Origin: a virus
Lineage: Duplodnaviria > Caudoviricetes
Virus record (IMG/VR): IMGVR_UViG_3300012933_000091
Location: 1-26,675 of that record
Reading direction: 5' to 3' (one strand)
DNA length: 26,675 nucleotides
Shown piece by piece: positions 8,873-18,293 of the stretch. Under the pieces are notes generated by a model. It had not been told where the DNA came from, made no database searches, and worked only from the letters and a program-made list of their open reading frames with translations. A program made the position numbers and the translations under genes. How positions within the stretch are numbered: the stretch's first letter is position 1; every line of letters starts with the position of its first letter.

Positions 8873-10941
8873 CGGATATTAAAGTAAATGTTACGCCAGC
8901 ACCGCGCGTTGAATTAAACATCAATCGTGGCTTAATCGGCCCCACGGGGCCACAGGGCGCGTTTGGCGGTCCAACGGGTGCCACGGGACCTACGGGTGCC
9001 GCATCTACTGTTCGCGGCCCTACGGGGGCCACGGGACCCACGGGTGCTACAGGTTCCGCATCTACTGTTGCTGGACCCACGGGTGCCACTGGAAATACGG
9101 GACCCACGGGCGCACAGGGAAATCAGGGAAATGCTGGACCCACGGGACCACAGGGCGTACAGGGAATACAGGGCGTACAGGGCGATATCGGACCCACGGG
9201 AAGTCAGGGAATTCAGGGAAATGTTGGACCCACTGGAAGTCAGGGTTTAGTTGGCCCCACGGGTAGTCAGGGAAATGTCGGACCCACGGGTGCTACGGGT
9301 GCTGCATCAACTGTAGCGGGACCAACGGGTGCTACAGGTAATACTGGCCCAACTGGTGCCGCATCAACTGTCGCGGGACCCACGGGTCCGCAGGGCGTAC
9401 AGGGAATTCAGGGCGAGCAGGGAATTGCGGGACCCACGGGCGCAGCGGGAAATGTTGGCCCCACGGGTAGTCAAGGTTTGGCGGGACCCACGGGTAGTAC
9501 GGGACCCACGGGCGCAGCGTCTACGGTAGCGGGACCTACGGGGGCCACGGGACCACAAGGTACATCAATCAACCTGAAAGGTGAGGTTGCCAATGTTGGT
9601 GACTTGCCAACAACAGGTAACGTAGTTAATGACGCATACATTGTTACCAGTGAAGGTAACTTGTATGTATGGAACGGTTCTGCTTGGTTTGATGCTGGTC
9701 AAATTGTTGGCCCACAGGGACCCACTGGAAATGCTGGCCCCACGGGTAGCGCGGGAAGTGTCGGACCCACGGGGGCGCAAGGAAATGCTGGACCTACGGG
9801 CAGCGCGGGACCCACGGGAAGTGCTGGAAATGTCGGACCCACGGGACCGCAGGGAATACAGGGCATACAAGGCGAACAGGGAATTGCTGGACCTACGGGC
9901 AGCGCTGGAAATGTTGGTGCTACGGGACCCACGGGGGCCACTGGTGCTGCTTCTACAGTAGCGGGACCCACGGGTCCGCAAGGTGTACAGGGCGTTACGG
10001 GACCCACGGGCGCTGATTCAACTGTAGCGGGACCCACGGGGCCACAGGGAATACAGGGCATACAGGGAAATGTCGGACCTACGGGAAGTCAGGGCGTACA
10101 GGGAATACAAGGCGATGTTGGCCCCACGGGTGCAGTCGGACCCACGGGTAGCACACCTGCAATTGGTGGCTCAACAACGCAAGTGCAATACAACAATGCT
10201 GGTGCATTTGCTGGCTCTGCCAATTTGACATTTGACGGCACTGCATTAACGGCGGCAAAGAATTTAGTAGGCGCTTCTGCTAACTTCACTCGTTTCCCAA
10301 ATGCTTTGGCTGCTGTATCAAGCACAGATGTAAGCATTCAACAAAACGAGGGTGGCTACATTGGTTTGATTGGCGAGGCTACGGCCAACTCTGCTAACAC
10401 ATCACTACGCGCTGCTGGTTTGTATGGCGTTGGATACACACAAGGCGGTGCATCAGGTGAAGGTGTAAACGGTGAAGGCCACGTTTCTGATTCTGCCGAT
10501 ACTGCTAGTGCTGTTGGTGTTCGTGGTTATGCACACGACACTCATACTGGTGGCTTAAACATTGGCTTGTATGCAAATGCTGTCAATTCTTCTGTTGGAA
10601 ACTATGCGCTGTATTTAAAGAATGGCGATATCTATTCATTTGGCGCACAGACTTGGTTGCTTAACGGCAACTTAACTTTGTCTGGTTCTTACACCACCAG
10701 CCTATACACCTTGAATCTGACAAATGCGTTGGGTGTTGGGTATGGCGGTACAGGAGTAACAACAACACCAGCAAACGGCTCGTTGCTAATTGGTAACGGT
10801 ACTGGTTATACAAACACTACACTAACGGCTGGTTCTAACATAAGCATTACAAACAGTTCTGGCGGTATTGAGATTGCCGCTACAAACGTAGGTATTTCAA
10901 CAGGTAAATCTATTGCTATGGCAATGATCTTCGGATTCTAA
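8869..10941 (+). CDS. Collagen-like (Gly-X-Y, GPT-rich) fibre protein
   Basis: Two long Gly-X-Y tracts separated by a ~50-aa non-collagen domain; C-terminal fibre motifs ([27 protein letters not shown]); ends [12 protein letters not shown]. Confidence 0.92.
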   Translation: MTDIKVNVTPAPRVELNINRGLIGPTGPQGAFGGPTGATGPTGAASTVRGPTGATGPTGATGSASTVAGPTGATGNTGPTGAQGNQGNAGPTGPQGVQGIQGVQGDIGPTGSQGIQGNVGPTGSQGLVGPTGSQGNVGPTGATGAASTVAGPTGATGNTGPTGAASTVAGPTGPQGVQGIQGEQGIAGPTGAAGNVGPTGSQGLAGPTGSTGPTGAASTVAGPTGATGPQGTSINLKGEVANVGDLPTTGNVVNDAYIVTSEGNLYVWNGSAWFDAGQIVGPQGPTGNAGPTGSAGSVGPTGAQGNAGPTGSAGPTGSAGNVGPTGPQGIQGIQGEQGIAGPTGSAGNVGATGPTGATGAASTVAGPTGPQGVQGVTGPTGADSTVAGPTGPQGIQGIQGNVGPTGSQGVQGIQGDVGPTGAVGPTGSTPAIGGSTTQVQYNNAGAFAGSANLTFDGTALTAAKNLVGASANFTRFPNALAAVSSTDVSIQQNEGGYIGLIGEATANSANTSLRAAGLYGVGYTQGGASGEGVNGEGHVSDSADTASAVGVRGYAHDTHTGGLNIGLYANAVNSSVGNYALYLKNGDIYSFGAQTWLLNGNLTLSGSYTTSLYTLNLTNALGVGYGGTGVTTTPANGSLLIGNGTGYTNTTLTAGSNISITNSSGGIEIAATNVGISTGKSIAMAMIFGF
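8935..10155 (+). repeat. Coding repeat array; core GGACCCACGGG (Gly-Pro-Thr-Gly)
   Basis: About 18 exact copies of the 11-mer by manual count plus many near copies; visibly more GC-rich than the flanks. Confidence 0.9.
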
Positions 10942-10950
10942 GGAGTAAAC

Positions 10951-11325
10951 ATGGCTAATCCAAACATTGTTGCTGTAACTAGCATTTACGGTAACACTTC
11001 ATATCTCATTCCAAGCACAACAAGTGTAACTACTTGGACTGCGCTTACACCTGCAACTGGCACTGTAAACAAGATTGACAACATCGTTGCGGCTAACGTC
11101 ACTGGAACTGCTGTGGCTGTTACTGTGTCAATCAACAGCGCTACTGGCGGTGGTGGTACGGCTTACCGTATTGCTTACCAGATCAGCGTACCTGCTAATG
11201 CTTCACTTATTATTGTTGATAAGACAACCGCTTTCTATTGCGGCGAAGGTCAATCAATTGTGGTGACCGTTGGTACTGGTAGTGCAATTGAGTTGACAGC
11301 AAGTTACGAAGCAATTACAGCCTAA
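10951..11325 (+). CDS. Small beta-rich structural protein (putative fibre adaptor)
   Basis: AAGGAG SD; MANPNIV...ISVPANASLII...ASYEAI type protein following a GKxIAMAxIFG-ending fibre. Confidence 0.7.
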   Translation: MANPNIVAVTSIYGNTSYLIPSTTSVTTWTALTPATGTVNKIDNIVAANVTGTAVAVTVSINSATGGGGTAYRIAYQISVPANASLIIVDKTTAFYCGEGQSIVVTVGTGSAIELTASYEAITA

Positions 11326-11336
11326 AGGAGCGCAAT

Positions 11337-13484
11337 ATGTCGTTGCGTTACAAAGGCGGTGTTTTATCGACTGTCCCACCAACAACATCTACATCTTCTG
11401 CCGTAGGTGTTTGGACTATGCGTCAACAAATGCAAGCGCAAGGTGCAAGCGAATGGCCTTTTCCTCAACAACTTGATGCACAATTTAATTATGTATCAAT
11501 GTTGCTGCATGGCGATGGTACTAACGGCGCTCAAAACAATACGTTCTTAGATGGCTCGACAAACAACTTCACCATTCAGCGCATGGGTAATACAACCCAA
11601 GGCTCGTTCAGTCCTTATGGGTCTAATTGGTCTAACAACTTTGTTGCTGTAAGCGATTATCTTTCTATTGCAGATAACACCGCATTGGAGTTTGGTGCTG
11701 GAGATTTCACTTTTGAGTGTTGGATAAATTTACCTTCACTACCATCTAGCGGTGGTTCTCAAAACATTATGTCCAAATGGGCTACGGGACAAAAAAGTTA
11801 TATTTTTTCTGTGTTTAACAACGCAGGAACAATGACTTTACAGTTTGACTATTCAACAAATGGTTCTACAACTGCAACTGCAATTGCAGCAAATGCTTCT
11901 TTATCTGCAAATGTTTGGTATCACGTTGCATTTGTTCGTTCTAGCACTTCTTTTAAAATATTTTTAAATGGTACAGAAATAACATCAGGAGCCACTTTAA
12001 GTGGAACTTTGTTTGGTGGTACTGCTGCTACTTGGATTGGTCGCACTTTATCTGCTACTTATTCATACAACGGATACATTTCAAACCTTAGAGTAACCAA
12101 AGGCGGTGCTTTATACACAAGCAACTTTACGCCAAGTGCAGTTCCATTAACAACAACAGTATCGGCTGGTACAGTTTCGTTGTTGACTTGTCAATCAAAC
12201 CGTTTTGTAGACAAAAGCGCAAGTCCTTTGACTATCACAGTAAACGGCGTTCCAAGCATACAACGCTTTAACCCATTTGGTGCATCTATTGCATACAGCA
12301 CAGCTAATATTGGTGGTAGCGGGTATTTTGATGGCACAACAGATTATTTACGCAACATTACTGGCAGCGCTGCTTTTGCGTTTGCTACAGGAGATTTTAC
12401 TCTTGAGGCGTGGGTATATCCAACTTATGACACAGCAGCAACATATCGTGGAATATTAAGTACCTATGACTCAACTGTTGGTGGTGGTACAGGTGTAATT
12501 CTTGAAATTTATAACAATAATTGGGGTACTTATTCTGTTAGCGGTGGTGGTCACATAGATACTGGCATACTAGCTGCTACAAACACATGGACTCACGTTG
12601 CCTTTGTTAGAAGCAGTGGTACTTCAAAGATTTATGTAAACGGCGTTTCCGTTAGTAGCGTTGGGGACACTACAAATTGCGGTAACTGTCCATTCCAAGT
12701 TGGTGATTTAGACAATGCTGGCGGATATTCATTCAAAGGTTATATTTCAGACGCTCGTATCGTTAAAGGTACTGCGGTTTACACAAGTAACTTTACGCCT
12801 CCAACATCTCCATTGACAGCCATCAGTGGTACGTCATTGCTATGCAACATGACCAACGGGGCCATCTACGACAACGCAATGATGAACGACTTGGAGACTG
12901 TGGGTAATGCTCAGATTTCTACTAGCGTGAAGAAGTACGGTACTGGGTCATTGGCGTTTGATGGTACTGGTGATTATTTAGTAGCGGCCAATAGCCCAAT
13001 CTACGCGCTTGGTTCTGGTGATTTCACACTAGAGGCGTGGGTATATACCGCAACCGCTGCAACCAACCAAGCAATTTGCGCAAAAGAATCCTCTGGCACT
13101 GATTCATTTTTATTTTTGATTGGTAACTCGTCTGGTAATAAGGTCGCACTTAACTTGTCATCTGACGGCGCTACTTACAGTTTGACTTTGACAGGAAGCA
13201 CGACTTTATCCATAAACACTTGGTATCACGTTGCGGCAGTAAGAAGCGGCTCTGGCTCAAATAATATTAAGTTGTATTTAAACGGGGTGCAAGACGCGCA
13301 AGGTACGTTTTCTGGAACCGTTTATAACGATACTTCAATGTTTACAGTTGGCTATCGTCAACCAGCATCTAATTTGTATTTCAACGGCTACATAGACGAC
13401 CTACGCATCACCAAAGGCTATGCTCGTTACACAACCACATTCACACCGCCAACTGCGGCCTTCCCAAACATTGGACCAGCATAA
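11337..13484 (+). CDS. Triple LamG / concanavalin A-like lectin domain protein 1
   Basis: Three repeats with DFTxExW...W(Y/T)HVAxVR...NG...GYIxxxR...YTxxFTP; AAGGAG SD. Confidence 0.92.
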   Translation: MSLRYKGGVLSTVPPTTSTSSAVGVWTMRQQMQAQGASEWPFPQQLDAQFNYVSMLLHGDGTNGAQNNTFLDGSTNNFTIQRMGNTTQGSFSPYGSNWSNNFVAVSDYLSIADNTALEFGAGDFTFECWINLPSLPSSGGSQNIMSKWATGQKSYIFSVFNNAGTMTLQFDYSTNGSTTATAIAANASLSANVWYHVAFVRSSTSFKIFLNGTEITSGATLSGTLFGGTAATWIGRTLSATYSYNGYISNLRVTKGGALYTSNFTPSAVPLTTTVSAGTVSLLTCQSNRFVDKSASPLTITVNGVPSIQRFNPFGASIAYSTANIGGSGYFDGTTDYLRNITGSAAFAFATGDFTLEAWVYPTYDTAATYRGILSTYDSTVGGGTGVILEIYNNNWGTYSVSGGGHIDTGILAATNTWTHVAFVRSSGTSKIYVNGVSVSSVGDTTNCGNCPFQVGDLDNAGGYSFKGYISDARIVKGTAVYTSNFTPPTSPLTAISGTSLLCNMTNGAIYDNAMMNDLETVGNAQISTSVKKYGTGSLAFDGTGDYLVAANSPIYALGSGDFTLEAWVYTATAATNQAICAKESSGTDSFLFLIGNSSGNKVALNLSSDGATYSLTLTGSTTLSINTWYHVAAVRSGSGSNNIKLYLNGVQDAQGTFSGTVYNDTSMFTVGYRQPASNLYFNGYIDDLRITKGYARYTTTFTPPTAAFPNIGPA

Positions 13485-13493
13485 GGAATAACA

Positions 13494-15620
13494 ATGAGTG
13501 AACAGTATCCTGGCGGTTACTTAACCAAATCCCCTGTTGTTCCAACAACTACAGCAGCGCCTGGCATTTGGAATTTAAGTCAACAAGCGGCTTATAAATC
13601 GGCTGGCATTTGGCCTGGTATAGGCATACCAGATGCTCAGTTCAACTACGTCACTATGTTGTTGCATGGCGATGGTACTAACGGCGCTCAAAACAATACG
13701 TTCTTAGATAGTTCAACCAACAACTTTACGATCACTCGTAACGGCAGTACGACACAGGGTTCTTTTAGTCCTTATGGTAGTAATTGGTCAAACTATTTTG
13801 ATGGTACTGGAGACTATTTGTCAGCTCCAGCTAACAGTGGTCTTGATTTAGGGACTGGCGATTTCACAATTGAATGTTGGTTTCAATACGATACAACACC
13901 TCCATCTGGATCTGGATATGATTATTTGTGGGGAATTGGTGCAAACGCTACTACTGGTCTTGGTTTGTACATTCAAGGTGGTGTACCAAAAGTTTGGAAC
14001 GGCTCTGCTTTATTAACAACTACAGGTTCTATTTCTGGGTCTACTTGGTATCACATTGCTGCCGTGAGATCAAGCGGAACACTCACTGTCTATTTGAATG
14101 GCACAAGCATTGGTTCAGTTGCACTATCAAGTAATTTGTCTGGTGGAGGCTCATCAGGATTTAACATTGCTCGATGGGCCAACGCCCCAGACCCACAAGA
14201 ATTTTTTGGTTATGTATCTAATCTTCGTATCGTTAAAGGTACTGCGGTTTACACAACATCCTTTACGCCAAGCACAAATCCATTGTCTGCTATAAGCGGC
14301 ACATCGTTATTAACCTGTCAAAGCAATCGTTTTATTGATAGCAGCGCCAGCAATTTAGCCATAACTGTAAGTGGCAACCCAAGCGTACAACGCTTAAATC
14401 CATTTGGGTCTGCTTCAGCATACGCTACATCTACTATTGGTGGTAGCGGTTACTTTAATGGAACAACTGATTATTTGAGTGTTGCAAACAGTACATCTTT
14501 GCAACTAAGAAGTAGCCAATTTACTATTGAAGGCTGGTTTTATACTCCTATTGGCGCTACAGATGCAAACTATCCCATATCTCAAGTTGCTGGCGGGTCT
14601 GAAAGCAGCATCAACTGGTTTGTAAGAACTACAAGCGGTAATAAGTTGCGCTTGGTTTTAATGGTTGCCACTACGCCAACTGTGATTGACAGCACCGCAA
14701 GTATTCAAATTAACGCTTGGAACTATTTTGCAATCACCTGTGATGGTACTGGTACATCCAATGTTCGAATGTGGCTAAATGGTGTTTATCAAGGCGTTGC
14801 AGTATTTGACATTTCCACATTGAACAATAACTCCGCAGCCACAGTGGTAGGCTCTTGGGTTGGGGCAGGCACTTACATGAACGGGTATTTGACGGATATT
14901 CGCGTCATTAAAGGCACTGCACTATATACAGGAACAGGAAATATTACTGTACCAACATCACCATTGACATCCGTAACAAATACACAATTGCTTGCAAACA
15001 TGACCAATGGAGCAATCTACGACAACTCTATGTTGAACAACTTGTATTCTCTGGGTAACGCTCAGATTAGTACAAGCGTCAAGAAATACGGCACTGGTTC
15101 GCTTGCTTTTGATGGAACTGGTGATTCTTTGCAATATCCGTTTACTCCGTTGATTCCAAACGGAACAGAATCTTTCACTATAGAGTGTTGGATTAATGTA
15201 AGTGTGCTTAAAAACTACAACTACATTTTTTGTGCTGGATACCCTATTCAAATATACATTGCTTCAGATGGAACAATAGGCACAGCATTTAATGACACTG
15301 AAAACAGTTCCACATATTTTGGAGTAATGACTAGTTCTGTTGCCATTACTACTGGAACTTGGTATCACGTTGCAATTGTTAGGAATGTTTCTTCTTTTGT
15401 GTTGTATATAGATGGCGTTTCAAGAGGGTCAGCAACTTCATCAAACAGTATTTTGTTAAGTACAACATACAAGCCTACTGTTGCCAATGCGTTAGAAAGC
15501 GCTGCTACTTATTGTTTTAACGGGTATATAGACGATTTCCGCATTACTAAAGGTTACGCTCGTTATACAAGTAACTTTACGCCGCCAACTGCGGCTTTCC
15601 CAAACTTTGGACCAACTTAA
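13494..15620 (+). CDS. Triple LamG / concanavalin A-like lectin domain protein 2 (paralog)
   Basis: Same architecture as 11337-13484; shared linkers LLHGDGTNGAQNNTFLD, LLTCQSNRF and GNAQISTSVKKYGTGSLAFDGTGD. Confidence 0.92.
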   Translation: MSEQYPGGYLTKSPVVPTTTAAPGIWNLSQQAAYKSAGIWPGIGIPDAQFNYVTMLLHGDGTNGAQNNTFLDSSTNNFTITRNGSTTQGSFSPYGSNWSNYFDGTGDYLSAPANSGLDLGTGDFTIECWFQYDTTPPSGSGYDYLWGIGANATTGLGLYIQGGVPKVWNGSALLTTTGSISGSTWYHIAAVRSSGTLTVYLNGTSIGSVALSSNLSGGGSSGFNIARWANAPDPQEFFGYVSNLRIVKGTAVYTTSFTPSTNPLSAISGTSLLTCQSNRFIDSSASNLAITVSGNPSVQRLNPFGSASAYATSTIGGSGYFNGTTDYLSVANSTSLQLRSSQFTIEGWFYTPIGATDANYPISQVAGGSESSINWFVRTTSGNKLRLVLMVATTPTVIDSTASIQINAWNYFAITCDGTGTSNVRMWLNGVYQGVAVFDISTLNNNSAATVVGSWVGAGTYMNGYLTDIRVIKGTALYTGTGNITVPTSPLTSVTNTQLLANMTNGAIYDNSMLNNLYSLGNAQISTSVKKYGTGSLAFDGTGDSLQYPFTPLIPNGTESFTIECWINVSVLKNYNYIFCAGYPIQIYIASDGTIGTAFNDTENSSTYFGVMTSSVAITTGTWYHVAIVRNVSSFVLYIDGVSRGSATSSNSILLSTTYKPTVANALESAATYCFNGYIDDFRITKGYARYTSNFTPPTAAFPNFGPT

Positions 15621-15629
15621 GGAGAAACA

Positions 15630-16079
15630 ATGTTAGTAGCAAAAATTGAAAATGGTATTGTTGTCACAGTGGCAGATTGCCGTGAACTGTGCGAATGGTA
15701 TCCACCAACTGAAGAACAATTGAATGACCGTGGACTTGTCCAAGTCAACGCATTTCGTTCTTATAATTCTTTAATTGAAAAACTTGTTTCATGCACTCCA
15801 GTTATTGAAGGTGATTGGGTTTATACAGTAGAGGTACAACAAATGACAGCAGAAGAAATCCAAGCAGCAAAAGATTCAGCAATGTCTCTATTACGATCAA
15901 ATCGTAATAACCTATTGTTGCAATCTGATTGGACTCAAATTCCTGATTGCACTTTGTCAAACAAAACTGAATGGGCAACATATCGCCAAGCCTTGCGCGA
16001 TTTCCCTGCTACAGTTGAAGATGCACGTTTACCAGTTGAATGGCCTCATAGCCCTGATTGGCAAGAAATGACTATGTAA
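15630..16079 (+). CDS. Tail fibre assembly chaperone-like protein
   Basis: C-terminal RNNLLLQSDWTQIPD...WATYRQALRDFP...EWP motif; AAGGAG SD. Confidence 0.85.
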   Translation: MLVAKIENGIVVTVADCRELCEWYPPTEEQLNDRGLVQVNAFRSYNSLIEKLVSCTPVIEGDWVYTVEVQQMTAEEIQAAKDSAMSLLRSNRNNLLLQSDWTQIPDCTLSNKTEWATYRQALRDFPATVEDARLPVEWPHSPDWQEMTM

Positions 16080-16096
16080 CAAGAAAGCAACAAGAT

Positions 16097-17251
16097 ATGA
16101 CAAAACAACTCAAGATAGCAGTCTACGCAATCAGTAAAAATGAGGAACAGTTCGTTGAACGATTCTGTAAATCAGCAAAGAACGCTGACCTCATTCTTAT
16201 TGCAGACACAGGTTCAACTGACAACACTGTAATCCTAGCCAAAGAAAACGGCGCTGTTGTTCACGACATTTGCATCAGCCCTTGGCGCTTTGATAAGGCC
16301 CGTGATACTGCACTGGCATTGATTCCACGCGACTTTGATGTGTGTATCAGCCTTGACTTGGATGAAGTCATGGAAGACGGCTGGCGTGAAGAAATTGAAC
16401 GGGTATGGAAAGACGATACAACCCGTCTGCGCTACAAGTTTGATTGGGGCTGTGGCATTGCGTTCTTCTATGAGAAGATTCACCACCGTCATGGCTATCA
16501 CTGGCATCACCCAGTGCATGAATACCCACGACCTGATGGCAGAACCAATGAGATTTATGCTCATACGGATATGTTGCTGGTTACGCATCTGCCAGACAAC
16601 ACAAAGAGCCGTGGTCAATATATGCCATTGCTTGAGTTGGCTATCAAAGAAGACCCACGTTGCCCACGCAATGCTTTCTATCACGCTCGTGAACTAACTT
16701 TCTATTGCCGTTGGGATGAGGCCATCATGTACTTGAACAAGTACCTTGAGATGCCAGAAGCCACTTGGCAGAACGAACGCTGCTATGCAATGCGGCTACT
16801 TGGTAAATCCTATGAACACCTTAATAACCACAATGAAGCAGAAAAGTGGTATCGCCTTGCTGCTGCTGAAGCGCCTAATACTCGTGAGCCTTGGGTTGAG
16901 TTGGCAATGCTTTCGTATCAGCGCCATGATTGGACTCAGTGTTATTTTGCGGCTTGCAAGGCGCTAGAGATCAAAGACAAAGCACTTGTCTACACAATGG
17001 ACCCAAGCGTATGGACTGAAAAGCCACACGACCTTGCCAGCATTGCTGCTTGGCATCTTGGCTTGAAAGAAAGTGCTTTGTTCCACATTGATGAGGCGTT
17101 AAAATTTGCCCCTGATGACGCTCGTTTGGTGTCAAATAAACAATTGATTCAAGGGGTGGATGATGGCAATGATCTCGGAAACGGAAGCGCGGTTGAACAG
17201 TCACGAGGCCGTCTGCGCCCAACGGTACGAAAGAATATCGGAACAGTTTGA
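16097..17251 (+). CDS. GT2-family glycosyltransferase with C-terminal TPR repeats
   Basis: IAVYAISKNE, DTGSTD, DxD motif (SLDLDE), VHEY, then TPR-like helices; likely start ATG 16097 (ORF is open from 16058). Confidence 0.92.
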   Translation: MTKQLKIAVYAISKNEEQFVERFCKSAKNADLILIADTGSTDNTVILAKENGAVVHDICISPWRFDKARDTALALIPRDFDVCISLDLDEVMEDGWREEIERVWKDDTTRLRYKFDWGCGIAFFYEKIHHRHGYHWHHPVHEYPRPDGRTNEIYAHTDMLLVTHLPDNTKSRGQYMPLLELAIKEDPRCPRNAFYHARELTFYCRWDEAIMYLNKYLEMPEATWQNERCYAMRLLGKSYEHLNNHNEAEKWYRLAAAEAPNTREPWVELAMLSYQRHDWTQCYFAACKALEIKDKALVYTMDPSVWTEKPHDLASIAAWHLGLKESALFHIDEALKFAPDDARLVSNKQLIQGVDDGNDLGNGSAVEQSRGRLRPTVRKNIGTV

Positions 17252-17366
17252 CAGCGGTAAGAAGCGCATGGATAAGATGGAAATGCTTATCTATGCTGTT
17301 TTGATTGCCGTACTGTTTGGTCCTGGCGTTGCCGCTGAGTTCTTTAAAAAGTTGATCGGCATCTAA
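17160..17366 (+). CDS. Small coiled-coil protein with C-terminal membrane anchor (XhlA-like lysis accessory candidate)
   Basis: HEAVCAQRY coiled coil then hydrophobic LIYAVLIAVLFG; GGGGTGG SD; first gene of the lysis cluster. Confidence 0.65.
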   Translation: MMAMISETEARLNSHEAVCAQRYERISEQFDSGKKRMDKMEMLIYAVLIAVLFGPGVAAEFFKKLIGI

Positions 17367-17367
17367 T

Positions 17368-18132
17368 GTGGACCCTTTCAGCCTCCTTATGCTGGCACAA
17401 GGTGCAGTCAGCGCTATTAGGTCTGGCTGTGAAATGCTCCAGCAGGGTAGGGCAATCATTGACGAATTCAAAGGTGAGGCTGAAGGCGTGGTTGGCGAGG
17501 TCACGGCAACTGTTGACGAGTTGCGTGGACTTTGGGATTGGGCTGTTGGACTTTGGAATAGCGTTGCTGGTCTATTTGGCGTATCGCCTAAAGTTACTGA
17601 AGCGCCTCAAATTATTGTCAAACCCACGGCGAAAAAGCCTGTGGCGAAAAAGGCAAGTCAATCAGACCCAGACCCCGATGTTCTCCAAATGCAGATCGTG
17701 CATGAGGTCAGCCAGCAGTTGGGCAAGTTCTTTGACATTCAGCAACAAATTCAAAACCACTACAAGAACCTAGAAGATACGTCATTGCACGTTTATGAGG
17801 CTGGACAAAACCATGCGATCAAAGCCATTGAGCGTGTAGAAGTTGAACTCCAACTTGAGGAGATGAGCAAGAAAATACGAGAAACAATGGTGTACGCACC
17901 AATGGAATTAAAAGATTTGTACACGCGATTTCTGTCGATGTACGGCAAGATAAAAGAAGAACAAGAGTTTGCCAGACAGGAACAGATAGCAGCGAAACGG
18001 TACAAGGAAACTCGTAAATGGCAACGTCACAATTCCAGAATAGAAATCGCGATGTGGGCCGTGGCTCTAATGTGGGTGCTGCTAATTCTGTGGGGAATGA
18101 TGCTCCAAGTGGCAACACTTACCTCATCGTAG
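17368..18132 (+). CDS. Hypothetical helical protein with C-terminal transmembrane helix
   Basis: 254-aa ORF, GTG start right after upstream TAA; coiled-coil body; TM segment IAMWAVALMWVLLILWGMML. Confidence 0.75.
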   Translation: MDPFSLLMLAQGAVSAIRSGCEMLQQGRAIIDEFKGEAEGVVGEVTATVDELRGLWDWAVGLWNSVAGLFGVSPKVTEAPQIIVKPTAKKPVAKKASQSDPDPDVLQMQIVHEVSQQLGKFFDIQQQIQNHYKNLEDTSLHVYEAGQNHAIKAIERVEVELQLEEMSKKIRETMVYAPMELKDLYTRFLSMYGKIKEEQEFARQEQIAAKRYKETRKWQRHNSRIEIAMWAVALMWVLLILWGMMLQVATLTSS

Positions 18133-18293
18133 GAATGGTGTTCTTTGGCATTGTGTGTTTTATCACCTTGCCAATATCGGTGTTTATCTTGATGGATGCA
18201 AAGAAGACAAACGCAAACTCACACGCAGCATTGGCTGAGACAAAGAAAATTCAGGCAGAGTTGAAACCAAAGAAAGAGGCAGACGATGAATGA
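18018..18293 (+). CDS. Single-TM membrane protein with C-terminal coiled coil
   Basis: AAGGA SD before ATG 18018; TM LIVGMVFFGIVCFITLPISVFILM; stop overlaps the holin start. Confidence 0.65.
   Translation: MATSQFQNRNRDVGRGSNVGAANSVGNDAPSGNTYLIVGMVFFGIVCFITLPISVFILMDAKKTNANSHAALAETKKIQAELKPKKEADDE

Noticed and set aside
8935-10155. GGACCCACGGG repeats as a CRISPR-like array
   Set aside because: Repeats are 11 bp, irregularly spaced, in frame with Gly-Pro-Thr codons, with repetitive 'spacers' and no cas genes
8838-10337. Antisense and alternate-frame ORFs over the collagen gene (e.g. GPVGP repeats on the - strand)
   Set aside because: Expected shadow of GGN/CCN codon repeats lacking stops; no SD or operon context
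11337-15620. LamG paralogs as a DGR template/variable repeat pair or a shufflon
   Set aside because: No reverse transcriptase or invertase in the window; repeats are direct and in coding sequence; differences are not adenine-specific
17368-17435. Lipobox at Cys21 making the 254-aa protein a unimolecular spanin
   Set aside because: No basic n-region, weak h-region and Arg at -3 (RSGC); not a credible signal peptidase II site
17366-17773. 135-aa ORF starting at ATG 17366
   Set aside because: Fully overlaps the more protein-like 254-aa frame; composition looks like an off-frame read
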